Positions 28,833 to 42,597 of a stretch of 46,197 nt of DNA are shown here, one piece after another (within the stretch, counting starts at the first letter, position 1; each line of letters begins with the position of its first letter). This DNA comes from Lacrimispora sp. (GTDB lineage Bacteria; Bacillota; Clostridia; Lachnospirales; Lachnospiraceae). The position numbers were made by a program, and so were the translations under genes. The notes beneath the pieces were generated by a model, which had not been told where the DNA came from, did not search any database, and worked only from the letters and a program-made list of their open reading frames with translations. Where the stretch lies: the NCBI GenBank assembly GCA_047604985.1, contig JASGGP010000001.1, positions 1 through 46,197 on the forward strand, written 5' to 3'.

Positions 28833-28842
28833 TGTATATACA
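28833..28842. promoter_or_regulatory. Candidate HutC-type GntR operator TGTATATACA
   Basis: Palindrome fitting GT-N-TA-N-AC between the divergent PTS operon and the GntR gene. A degenerate copy, TGTATATATA, lies near 28890. Confidence 0.5.
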
Positions 28843-29020
28843 TATTTATAACACAATGCAAGACATTATACAAGTATTTTACTCATATTTGTATATATAA
28901 ATAGTTTTTCGCCCAAAATATGTATACTTTTAACAATTTCTCTCCATATAATAGTTAAAATCCCAGTATGCAAAGCAGGAAAAAAACGATACAATATAAG
29001 AAAAAGAAAGGAACTTTGTC

Positions 29021-29734
29021 ATGTCAAAAACAGCAAAGTATAGACAAATAGAAGATTACATCAAACAGGAAATCGACAGAAACCATTTGAAAATAGGCGA
29101 TCAGATCATGACGGAAGAACAGCTGTGCAGGCGGTTCAATTTTTCCAGAATGACCATCAACAAGGCCTTAAACCACTTAAGCGAGCTAGGCTATATTGAG
29201 AGAATCCCGGGAAAAGGAAGCTTCGTGACGGCTCCCCATGTCAGAAAGGACACCAATACAATTACAAGCTTCACGGAAGATATGAAAAGCATCGGCCTGA
29301 CGGCAGGCGCCAGGCTCCTTTCCTATGAAATCCTCCACGGAAAGGATGTTCCGTCCGTAGCAAAGAAGCTGGAGCTGGGAGAGGACGATCTTATTCATTA
29401 TTTTGTGCGCTTAAGAACCGGCAATAAGACACCCATAGCCATCAGCTATACCTATATTGCAGCAACCGTCGTGCCGGCAGTCAACGTGGACTGCTTAAAC
29501 AACTCCTTTTATGCTTATCTGGATTCTCTGGGCATCATCAGGCACGGTAAACACATGGAGCTGAAAGCATATCTTCCTACGGAGGAACAGAAAAAGCTGC
29601 TGGAAATAAATAATTCTGCACTGCTGTGTATCTCCCATGTGACATACACCGAACATCAGGACCGGGTAGTTCCCTTTGAATATATTGAGACTTATTACAA
29701 CGGGGATGTGTATACGTATATTGCTCAAAAGTAG
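29021..29734 (+). CDS. GntR family, HutC/UTRA-type regulator
   Basis: KYRQI, TEEQLC..FSRMTINKAL, PGKGSFV and SFTEDM motifs, plus a UTRA domain. Confidence 0.92.
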   Translation: MSKTAKYRQIEDYIKQEIDRNHLKIGDQIMTEEQLCRRFNFSRMTINKALNHLSELGYIERIPGKGSFVTAPHVRKDTNTITSFTEDMKSIGLTAGARLLSYEILHGKDVPSVAKKLELGEDDLIHYFVRLRTGNKTPIAISYTYIAATVVPAVNVDCLNNSFYAYLDSLGIIRHGKHMELKAYLPTEEQKKLLEINNSALLCISHVTYTEHQDRVVPFEYIETYYNGDVYTYIAQK

Positions 29735-29844
29735 AAACCCTGGTAAAAGCAGTTTCTATAAATCATCCGGGCTATTTGTTTTGCTTTCAGATTCAGCAGT
29801 AAGGCTTTGATTATACCGGCCCATTATGCACATTGGGTAATACG

Positions 29845-29890
29845 AAAAAAGCGTTCACTCTCCTGCAGTCACGCAGGAAACTGAACGCTT
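29845..29890 (-). terminator. Terminator between convergent genes
   Basis: AAGCGTTCA..TCCTGC-agtcac-GCAGGA..TGAACGCTT with a T6 tail on the minus strand. Confidence 0.7.
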
Positions 29891-29904
29891 CGATATTTAA
29901 TATA

Positions 29905-30735
29905 TTAAAATTTATAGCTTTCCAGAAACTTCCTGGACCACTCCGCATTATCCGGCGTGCTGTCTTCAATGGTCATCTGGATATAGGGCTTTTCTTTCTT
30001 TACAAAGCCCAGAATGGAATCATACTTCATAACCCCGGTTCCCGGCGCTCCGGAAACCACCCGGTTGCCTTCAACCACAAAATCCTTCATATGAAGAACG
30101 TCCGTATATCCACCTAAATCCTCAATAGCTTCCTTTATTACCTGCTCATAATTTTTGCTGTTTTCCGCAGAAAGAAGATTTACAGGGTCCAGGATAATCC
30201 GTAAATTAGGAGAATCAATGGCCTTAAGCACTTTTAAGGCCCGTTTGGAATCGTAGACAATATGGCTCCATACAGGCTCAATGGCCATAATCACCCCGAA
30301 TTTTTCCGCACATTCCACCACCGGACGAAGATTTGTGATAAAGGTCTGAAGCGCCTCCTCACTGTGACAGGCCGGCTCAAAGCGGTATTCCGCATTGGGG
30401 GCGCCCGTCTCCGTCCCCACCACGCTGCAGCCCAAAATAGAAGCAAAGCGTAAGTGGGCAAAATAGCGCTCCTGGATCTTCTTAATTTCCTCCGGGTCCG
30501 GATGGGCCAGATTCAGATAGCAGCCCAGCACCGCAATATCCATGCCGTTTTCCCCAAACATCCTGCGCAGGTAAGAGGCATAGCCTGGCGTCAGCGCGGA
30601 ATTTTCCACGGAATGCTCTTTCACCGTCTTTGTCAGGGCCAGATGAACGCAGGTAAAGCCCTGGTCACGTGCAATCTTTACTCTCTCTTCCATTGTTCCC
30701 GGCGCAACGTCGTGCAAACGGATTCCGATCTGCAT
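29905..30735 (-). CDS. Sugar-phosphate isomerase/epimerase (xylose isomerase-like TIM barrel, AP-endonuclease-2 family)
   Basis: LGCYLN, VGTETG, AIEP, LDPVN, LHMKD and PGTG motifs. Confidence 0.85.
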   Translation of the reverse strand: MQIGIRLHDVAPGTMEERVKIARDQGFTCVHLALTKTVKEHSVENSALTPGYASYLRRMFGENGMDIAVLGCYLNLAHPDPEEIKKIQERYFAHLRFASILGCSVVGTETGAPNAEYRFEPACHSEEALQTFITNLRPVVECAEKFGVIMAIEPVWSHIVYDSKRALKVLKAIDSPNLRIILDPVNLLSAENSKNYEQVIKEAIEDLGGYTDVLHMKDFVVEGNRVVSGAPGTGVMKYDSILGFVKKEKPYIQMTIEDSTPDNAEWSRKFLESYKF

Positions 30736-30749
30736 AATAAATACCTCCT

Positions 30750-32303
30750 TTATCTCACCTCATAATGGTCAATATTGTCAAGCTCAAAGGCTTCTCCCGC
30801 CTGTCCTGAAATCTTCACATTGTCGCAGATGAGAGTATTCACATTGTTGATGAAAAAGCCTCTCTTCGTGCACTCTCCCACTCCTGACAGCATGGCGGGC
30901 GCCCCTGCCTTTGCCTCGTCTGCAAAGGATACTTCCACATTCTTAAATTCCACCCGTTCAATCTTTTTTTCCGGCAGCCCGTAAAGGAAAGAAGCGGCCA
31001 CATGGCAGTTTTGGGCCTTGATGTTGGTAAAATACAGCCGTCCGATCTCCGGAGTTCTCTCATCCACAGGCAGAGCTTCCCTGCACTGTACGTAATCGGA
31101 TTTTCCGTCGGGATCACAGAAATAAAAGCTGTTGACCACAAATGGAGTCATGACATGATCCATGTGGATGTGGTCAAAATAAATTTCCGACAGCACAGAG
31201 TCCTTTCCCCGGCCTCTTCTCGTCTTAACCCTCAGTCCTCTGTCCGTATGGCGGAATAAGCACCTTTCCACCCTGATGTTTTTCACTCCCGCGCCTACCT
31301 CGCTGCCCACCGTAACCGCTCCGTGACCGTTCTCCATCAGACACTGGCGGATGACGATGTTTTCAGATGGGGTCTTAAACCTGCGTCCCATGTAAATTTT
31401 CCCGGATTTTATGGCAATACAGTCGTCTCCCAGGGAAAAATGCATGCCAAGAATCTCCACGTTTTTACAAGACTCCGGGTCCAGGCCGTCGGTATTGGGG
31501 GAATCCGCCGGATTTTTAATATCCAGGTTCAGGAACTTTAAATCCTGGCTGAAATAAGGGTGAAGCACCCAGGTAGGGCTGTTTTTTAAGGAGATTCCCT
31601 GAAGAGTCACATTCCTGCACCGCTCCAAAAATACCATGCGGGGACGGAAAGCTCCTTTCATCTGGCGGACGTTATCCCACCAGTTGTCAAAAGAAGCCTG
31701 GCCGTTAATCAGGCCGCGTCCATAGATGGCCACGTCCTCCACATCAATTCCGGTTATAATACCGGCAAACATGGGAAGAGGATTTCCCTCCCAGGTTCCC
31801 AGGTTATAATCATCGGTTTCATCATAGCTTTCAATCATGCCTGGAAATCTGGGATATTTGTAACGGTCCGTATCTGCCGCCAGCTGGGCTCCCTCCGCCA
31901 GCTCAAGGCGTAAATGGCTCTTTAAAAACAGGCTGGTAATCCGATAGGTCCCCTTTGGAACCAGCACCCGTCCGTCTTTCGGACAGGCCATAATGGCTGC
32001 CTGGATAAACGAGGTATCATCCTGAATTCCGTCGCCCTTTGCTCCGATTTCCTTAACATTCAATGTTACAAATTCATAGTCCGTATGGAAGACAGCCTCT
32101 GCTCTTTCCCCATCCCTTTCCAGCGAGACTGTATAATCCGTATCCGGCTTTAAGTCAAAGACCGTAAATACCACACGGCTTGTCTCTCCCTGGACCTTTC
32201 CGTTTACCAGAATCTTTCCCGGTGTTTCAAATTCAAAAATCTGTTCCGTGACCGTTTCCACGGTTACGGACCGCGCCGTTTTGTAAACAACTCTTAATTC
32301 CAT
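30750..32303 (-). CDS. GH28 (exo-)polygalacturonase with an N-terminal FN3-like domain, no signal peptide
   Basis: NTDG, GDDCIAIKSG, GHG and RVKT catalytic motifs. DLKPDTDY FN3-like motif. Confidence 0.92.
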   Translation of the reverse strand: MELRVVYKTARSVTVETVTEQIFEFETPGKILVNGKVQGETSRVVFTVFDLKPDTDYTVSLERDGERAEAVFHTDYEFVTLNVKEIGAKGDGIQDDTSFIQAAIMACPKDGRVLVPKGTYRITSLFLKSHLRLELAEGAQLAADTDRYKYPRFPGMIESYDETDDYNLGTWEGNPLPMFAGIITGIDVEDVAIYGRGLINGQASFDNWWDNVRQMKGAFRPRMVFLERCRNVTLQGISLKNSPTWVLHPYFSQDLKFLNLDIKNPADSPNTDGLDPESCKNVEILGMHFSLGDDCIAIKSGKIYMGRRFKTPSENIVIRQCLMENGHGAVTVGSEVGAGVKNIRVERCLFRHTDRGLRVKTRRGRGKDSVLSEIYFDHIHMDHVMTPFVVNSFYFCDPDGKSDYVQCREALPVDERTPEIGRLYFTNIKAQNCHVAASFLYGLPEKKIERVEFKNVEVSFADEAKAGAPAMLSGVGECTKRGFFINNVNTLICDNVKISGQAGEAFELDNIDHYEVR

Positions 32304-32345
32304 ATTGATTTTAACCTCACCTGTCAAAATATCAGTAAACTACTG

Positions 32346-33008
32346 TTACGCCTTGTTCCGGATGATATCCTGTGCTTTAAACATCTCCCACAGGCCCGTC
32401 TGCGGAACGTTTCCCCTGTCCGCCAGACTCTTATGCACAAGCTCTCCCGTGTCTCCGTATTTTTCTTTTTGAAGCACGCCTATATTGCATGCCTTTAAAA
32501 TGGAATAACCGATTTCCAGGGCTTCCGGAGAATCCGGCAGGTCCTTGATCCTGTCTTTAATTGCGGTCTTAAATAAATCCCGGAGTTCCCTGTAATACTC
32601 ATAGATTTCCTCCGACATCTGGCCCACCGTCTCAATTAAGGATACCAGGTCACTTCCTGTAAACCGGTCTTTTTCCCGGAAGAAAGCCGCGATCTCATTA
32701 TAGTGCTCTTTCCTTTTATAGCTTGTTTCATATGCGGCAATAAACGGCATCAGCTCTGCAGTCCAGCATTTCTGTTCCAAGACAGCTTCCATCCTCTGCC
32801 TGCAGCTCTCATCACCCGTCTGTTTCAAGGCGAAAAAGTATACCAAGGCATCCTGGGGCGGAAGGCTTTCTGACGGCTCTTTTAAAGCTGACAGCCGGTT
32901 TAGCCATGTCATGGCATAATCCTTATAGGATTCTTCCCCTGTGGCCTCATACATCTGTATGGCCCCTGTCAGCTGGTACGGTTTTAATGTCTCATTTTTA
33001 CATTCCAT
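32346..33008 (-). CDS. Shortened, degenerate GH105/GH88-like protein
   Basis: Helices align by eye with the neighbouring GH105 (MYEATG..Y, MPFIAAYE, GYSILKA..LGVL-like), but the catalytic loops are absent. Start at 33008 is inferred from the promoter position. Confidence 0.65.
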   Translation of the reverse strand: MECKNETLKPYQLTGAIQMYEATGEESYKDYAMTWLNRLSALKEPSESLPPQDALVYFFALKQTGDESCRQRMEAVLEQKCWTAELMPFIAAYETSYKRKEHYNEIAAFFREKDRFTGSDLVSLIETVGQMSEEIYEYYRELRDLFKTAIKDRIKDLPDSPEALEIGYSILKACNIGVLQKEKYGDTGELVHKSLADRGNVPQTGLWEMFKAQDIIRNKA

Positions 33009-33112
33009 GATTTTCTCTACCCTTTTCCCTATGGGAGCCGCCATATGATATGGCGGCTCCTGTGAAATATGCGTTCTCATTCCAATGGTTCCGGCTGCTT
33101 CCAATTATGCCT

Positions 33113-33171
33113 ATGTAAGTACTTACATTTTTCTTTATATTCATTATAGCATCTGCAACTATATAATTCAA
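33113..33171 (-). promoter_or_regulatory. Sigma-A promoter and operator ATGTAAGTACTTACAT
   Basis: TTGAAT-17bp-TATAAT with extended TG (33143-33171). Perfect 16-bp palindrome at 33113-33128 just downstream. Confidence 0.8.
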
Positions 33172-33187
33172 GAGCGGAAATTCCGGT

Positions 33188-34315
33188 TTAAGCGAATGCG
33201 GCTCTTCTCATCTCCGTATAAGCCAGCAGGAAAGGTCCAACTCCCTTGGCGTCATCCTTTACCACAGGCTCGGACATGTAATAGTCAAAGGTTCCGTTTC
33301 TTCTATCCTTGCCTCCCAGGCCTGCAACGAGACAGATTCCTCCAAGGCTCATATTTCCCTCTTCCAGATGAAGATAGGTGTCACAGATCCCCTGGAATGC
33401 CTTTTTCCCGTACTGGGCATAGCTTTCCGGAAGATATCCCAGGCGGACTCCCTTTAAAATCGCATAAGCGAAAATGGCGCTGCCGCTGGTTTCCAGGTAA
33501 TTCCGGTCCATGCCGCCTAAGTTGACCACCTGGTACCACATGCCGGTTTTATCCTGGTATTTTAACATGGAATCAATCAGGCCGCGGAAAGCCTCTTTCA
33601 TCTCCTTTAAAGCTTCCCCATTCTCCTGATCCGCCTTGTCCATGGTGTCTAAAAGAGCCATGGAATACCATCCTAAGGCCCGAAGCCAGAAGTTCTGGGA
33701 CAGTCCTGTCACCTTATCGCACCAGAACATTTCCCTTGAAGAATCATAGGCATGGTAGTAAAGCCCGGTTTCGGAATCTTTCATGAGCTTTACCACATTG
33801 GCAAACTGGCTGTAAATATCGCCGCAGTTTTTCTCATTGTTGAACCGGACCTCGTATTCCATGTAAAATGGCTGGCACATATAAAGGCCGTCAAGCCATA
33901 CCTGGTTGGGGTAAATGTTTTTGTGCCAGAAATTCCCCTCTTTTGTACGGGGCATTTTCCCGATCTGGCTGTATACAAGATCAATGGCCTTTCTGTATTT
34001 TTCTTTTCCGGTCAGATCGTAAAGCTCAAACAGGGTCTTTCCGGCATTGACATTGTCAATGTTCAGCTCTTCCACATCATAGCCGTCAATGGTCCCGTCC
34101 TCTTTTACCCGGTAATCGATAAAGTTATCGGCGAACTTCAGATATTTTCCGTCTTTGGTAATGGCGTACATTTCTAAAATAGCTTTGATCATGCAGCCGT
34201 CTATGTAATTCCAGCCCGCTTTCTCTCCCTGAAGAATCTTTTCAATGTTCCATACCGGCCGGTCCGGGGTGCTCTTTTCCATCAGTTCGTTGATATACTT
34301 TTCAATTACGTCCAT
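33188..34315 (-). CDS. GH105 unsaturated rhamnogalacturonyl hydrolase (YteR-like)
   Basis: WNYIDG, NIDN, FWHK..YPNQVWLDGLYM, YHAYD, WLRALGW and YLETSGS motifs. Confidence 0.92.
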   Translation of the reverse strand: MDVIEKYINELMEKSTPDRPVWNIEKILQGEKAGWNYIDGCMIKAILEMYAITKDGKYLKFADNFIDYRVKEDGTIDGYDVEELNIDNVNAGKTLFELYDLTGKEKYRKAIDLVYSQIGKMPRTKEGNFWHKNIYPNQVWLDGLYMCQPFYMEYEVRFNNEKNCGDIYSQFANVVKLMKDSETGLYYHAYDSSREMFWCDKVTGLSQNFWLRALGWYSMALLDTMDKADQENGEALKEMKEAFRGLIDSMLKYQDKTGMWYQVVNLGGMDRNYLETSGSAIFAYAILKGVRLGYLPESYAQYGKKAFQGICDTYLHLEEGNMSLGGICLVAGLGGKDRRNGTFDYYMSEPVVKDDAKGVGPFLLAYTEMRRAAFA

Positions 34316-34393
34316 GTGCTTCTCCTTCTCTTTTGCCTGGTCAGGCTTTATGGGGCTTTATTTTATTTCATCTGGTTTTATCTGCTTTATATT

Positions 34394-34422
34394 AGAATAA
34401 CCGCAAAGCAGGAAGTTGTCAA
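34394..34422 (-). promoter_or_regulatory. Sigma-A promoter of the GH105 gene
   Basis: TTGACA-17bp-TATTCT on the minus strand. Confidence 0.65.
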
Positions 34423-34673
34423 ATTCCGGAAAAAAGCTGAAATCCCTGCTCAAGCCTTAAAAGCCCGAAACGAAGCTCCGTAAAGGAGAAATATATAGAT
34501 ATAATTCTCACTTTATTCCACTTTTTTAAATTCATTTTCATCATTTTATATAAAGTTATTTTTTTAACAGGATGTCTGGCAATTGCTTTTAGGTAATTTC
34601 CATGATATTTTTCCGGAAATTTATTCACTTTTTACCTTTATACTTTAAAATCTTATGATATGATAGTTGAAGG

Positions 34674-34687
34674 TGTAAGCACTTACA
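34674..34687. promoter_or_regulatory. Operator TGTAAGCACTTACA upstream of the esterase
   Basis: Fourth copy of the palindrome, 9 nt downstream of an extended -10 TGaTATGAT. Confidence 0.7.
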
Positions 34688-34758
34688 ACATATTTCAGGA
34701 AACTACTGTTCTTACGCCTCTCCGTCAGGAAAGGAAAAAAGAAAGTGAGGAACAAAAC

Positions 34759-35595
34759 ATGAAACAGTATACACAGCAGATTCTGATTACGGATGAACAG
34801 GCGGGTAAAAAAAAGCTGACCCCAGCGGCCAGTCTTGATGCGTATATTCTGGACCCGATCAGCGTGGCTCCTGACCGGAAGCGTCCGGCAGTTATTATAT
34901 GCCCGGGAGGCGGTTATGAGCTTTTATCAGACCGGGAAGGAGAACCAGTAGCCATGCAGTTTCTGTCCATGGGGTACCACGCCTTTATCCTGCGCTACAG
35001 CGTTGCGCCCGATGGTTTTCCCTTTGCCCAGATGGAGCTGGCCTATGCCATATCAAGCGTGCGCTCTCACGCACAGGAATGGCTGATTGACCCTGATAAA
35101 ATCGTGGTATGCGGCTTCTCTGCCGGAGGCCATCTGGCCTGCAGTCTGGGGACATTCTGGAACCGGGAATTTCTTTACGGGCCCCTTGGACTTGCTGCAG
35201 AGGACATACAGCCCAATGGGCTTATTCTGGCCTATCCGGTAATCAGCGCAGGGCCCTGCTGCCATGCCGGGTCCTTTAAAAACCTGCTGGGGCCAAAGGC
35301 GGAGGATGAAACCATGCGGCATATGGTTTCTTTAGAGCATCAGGTAGGCGCCCATACGCCAAAGACCTTTTTGTGGCATACCTTTCCGGACAGCTCCGTA
35401 CCGGTGAAAAACAGCCTTTTGCTGGCGGATGCCATGGCAGAGCGTGGAGTCAATCTGGAATTACATATTTTCCCTGTAGGCTGTCACGGATTATCCCTGG
35501 CTACCCAGGAGGTTTCCACTGCCGACGGACGCCATTTAGAACCCCAGTGCCAAAGCTGGATTCCACTGGTGAAAACCTGGATGGAGCATTTATAA
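34759..35595 (+). CDS. Alpha/beta hydrolase, probable (pectin) acetylesterase
   Basis: CPGGGY, GFSAGGH, D.SVP and GCHGL triad motifs. ATG at 34759 follows a GAGG RBS. Confidence 0.85.
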   Translation: MKQYTQQILITDEQAGKKKLTPAASLDAYILDPISVAPDRKRPAVIICPGGGYELLSDREGEPVAMQFLSMGYHAFILRYSVAPDGFPFAQMELAYAISSVRSHAQEWLIDPDKIVVCGFSAGGHLACSLGTFWNREFLYGPLGLAAEDIQPNGLILAYPVISAGPCCHAGSFKNLLGPKAEDETMRHMVSLEHQVGAHTPKTFLWHTFPDSSVPVKNSLLLADAMAERGVNLELHIFPVGCHGLSLATQEVSTADGRHLEPQCQSWIPLVKTWMEHL

Positions 35596-35660
35596 GAAGC
35601 AAAAAGGCGCGGCAGCAGGGAGTCTCTCTCTCCAGGCTGTCACGCCTCTATTCCATATTC

Positions 35661-40183
<4,523 letters not shown>

Positions 40184-40279
40184 CTGCTCATTTCTCCTTC
40201 TGTTCTGATTTCTTCTATATGTACCATTATAGCATGATTCCCATGGCGGGGAAACTACTTCCCTTAAAATTAAAAAGAT

Positions 40280-40325
40280 AAAAGAAGCGAAGCCTTCATT
40301 GTCAGACAATGCCGGTCTCCGCTTC
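40280..40325 (-). terminator. Terminator downstream of the HPr-like gene
   Basis: GAAGCG..CATTGTC-t-GACAATG..CGCTTC followed by TTTTATCTTTT on the minus strand. Confidence 0.6.
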
Positions 40326-40414
40326 ACAAATGTAATATTTCGTTACGGCTCAGCCACCCGGAAACATCCGGTGTCACGTACAAACTGTAACATATTTACC
40401 ACAAGCAGCCACCA

Positions 40415-40669
40415 TCAGTGATTGCTTAAGTATTTTTCAATTTCAGTAATCGCCTGATTTTCATCTGCACCGTCGGCGGTAACCAGAACCTGTTCGCCTG
40501 CCGCAAGTCCCAGAGTCATCATACCCATAATGCTCTTGGCATTTACTCTCTTGGATTCAATTTCAACATAGATGTTGCTCTCATACTGGCTGGCAACCTG
40601 GACCAGCATGGCAACCGGCCTTGCTTCCAAGCCTGATGCAAGTTCAACTGTGACTGTTTTCTTTACCAT
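40415..40669 (-). CDS. HPr-family protein, Crh-like (His15 replaced by Glu)
   Basis: GLEARP in place of GLHARP. VNAKSIMG (Ser46) retained. AGGAGG RBS. Confidence 0.9.
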   Translation of the reverse strand: MVKKTVTVELASGLEARPVAMLVQVASQYESNIYVEIESKRVNAKSIMGMMTLGLAAGEQVLVTADGADENQAITEIEKYLSNH

Positions 40670-40698
40670 AATTATCCTCCTCATTCCTATGAACGGAC

Positions 40699-41670
40699 TC
40701 ATTCCCTTCCGCCGTCCGCCGCTCCTGTACCACGCAGCCGCCCGGCCAGGTCGCAAAGCTTTCTAAGTCGGTGGTTCACTCCTGATTTACCTACAGGCGG
40801 ATCCAGAGCTTCTCCAAGCTCTTTTAAGGTTGCTTCCGGTCTTTCCAACCTTTCCCTTGCGATCTCCCTTAGATTGTCAGGAAGGTTATCGAGCCCGATT
40901 GTATCTCTGATATATGATATATCTTCTATCTGCTTCACAGCAGCTGATACCGTTTTATTTATGTTGGCAGTCTCGCAGTTGACCTGCCGGTTCACACTGT
41001 TGCGCATGTCCTTTAAGATCCTGATATTTTCAAGCTCCATCAAAGCCACCGGCGCTTCCATCACATTTAAGATGTCTACGATCTGGTTTCCTTCTTTGAT
41101 ATAGACCACAAAGTAGCGCTTTCTCTTTACGATCTTGGCTTCAAGGCCAAAAGTGGCGATAATGTCCTTTAGCTGCCCTGCCTTTGCTTCTGTGGCGCAT
41201 ACGATCTCAAAATGATAGAATTTCTCCGGATCACTGATGGATCCTGACGAAAGAAACGCCCCGCGGATAAAAGCTCTTCTGCAGCAGGATTGCTGGATGA
41301 CCATGTTCCGGACTACTGTTAAGTTTTCCCCAACTTCCCCGTTTTCATCAAGGAGTTTTGTGGCATGTAAAACCCGGATGGCATCCTCATGCTCCCTTAT
41401 GGTTACCGTGTAGGTTCGGCTTTTATTTAAGTAAGCATTTCTTCTGATAGACACATCAGTTCTTATATTAAATGTTTTTTTCAATAATGTAAAGTACTTT
41501 CTTGCAACTGCTACATTTTCCGTGTGAATTTTAATTGTATAGCGGTCATCTTCCGATATTATTATCTTTCCGCAAAGGCTGATGATGGCAGCCGTCTCCG
41601 CTATCAGACAATGCCGCGCAGGGCTGATCTGCCTGGAAAGTTCTTCTTTCAGCTTGGAAGAAAATGACAT
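40699..41670 (-). CDS. whiA: DNA-binding protein WhiA
   Basis: MSFSSKLKEEL, AFIRGAFL..GS, VNRQVNCETAN and KSGVNHRL motifs. Confidence 0.96.
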   Translation of the reverse strand: MSFSSKLKEELSRQISPARHCLIAETAAIISLCGKIIISEDDRYTIKIHTENVAVARKYFTLLKKTFNIRTDVSIRRNAYLNKSRTYTVTIREHEDAIRVLHATKLLDENGEVGENLTVVRNMVIQQSCCRRAFIRGAFLSSGSISDPEKFYHFEIVCATEAKAGQLKDIIATFGLEAKIVKRKRYFVVYIKEGNQIVDILNVMEAPVALMELENIRILKDMRNSVNRQVNCETANINKTVSAAVKQIEDISYIRDTIGLDNLPDNLREIARERLERPEATLKELGEALDPPVGKSGVNHRLRKLCDLAGRLRGTGAADGGRE

Positions 41671-41694
41671 GTCTATACCATCCCTTTTCCTTTA

Positions 41695-42578
41695 TTATTG
41701 GTTATGATTCAGCCGTATATTATCCTTATAAATGTCTCTGTGCTCTATTTTAAGGCCAAACTCTTCTCTCGGCTTAAACTTATCATAAACAGACTTGGCA
41801 ATGGTGACCGACCGGTGCTTGCCACTGTGCAGCCGATAGCGATCACCAGCTGGTTCTTTCCCTCCGTCACGTAATTGGGGATCAGAAATTCCAGCATATC
41901 ATAAAGCTTGACCAGAAACTGTTCGGCAGTTCCTTTCTGCATCACATAATCCCGCACCGCCTCATCTTCCCCGGTTTGGGGCCGCAGCTCCTCAACATAG
42001 TAAGGGTTGGGCAAAAAACGGACATCAAAAACAAGGTCCGCATCCGTGGGAATTCCGTACTTAAAACCAAAGGAAAGGATGGTGATAAATAAGTTCCGGT
42101 AAGTCTCATGCTTTACAAAAATCTTTTCCAGCTCCTGCCTGAGCTCTTTTGTGAGAAGCTGGCTGGTGTCAATGATATAATCGGCCTCTTCCTTTAAAAA
42201 CGCCAGCTTCTCCCGTTCTTTCTCTATGCCGCTGTCGATCCGGCCTCCGGCCGCAAGAGGATGGGCCCTTCTGGTTTCCTTATAACGCTTGATGAGAATC
42301 TCATCCCCTGCGTCCAGAAAAAGAATCTCAAAGGGCAGCCGTCTTCTCGACCACTCATCAAAAATCCTGTTTAAAACCGATAAATCTTCCCCGCTGCGGA
42401 TATCGATTCCCAATGCCGCGTTGCGGATTCTTTCGGGGATGCTTAAGGCCAGCTCCGCAAACTTTTCCATCAGGGGAATGGGAAGATTATCCACGCAGTA
42501 AAATCCCATATCCTCCAGCATCTTAAGCGCCTGGGTTTTTCCCGCACCCGACATGCCTGTCACAATTACAAGCCTCAC
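41695..42578 (-). CDS. rapZ: RNase adapter RapZ/YvcJ, with a -1 frameshift near 41825 (probably sequencing error)
   Basis: TGMSGAGKT, CVDNLP, SFGFKYG and DVRFLPNP motifs. Adding one G restores IGCTGGKHRSV...IEHRDI, with the stop at 41695. Confidence 0.92.
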
Positions 42579-42597
42579 TTTTTTCTCCTTTGCGCGC

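Noticed and set aside
40330-40400. Possible structured ncRNA between the HPr-like gene and dnaE
   Set aside because: Only short imperfect stems (CCGGA/TCCGG, GTTAC/GTAAC) and no recognisable family. Cannot be supported without a covariance search.
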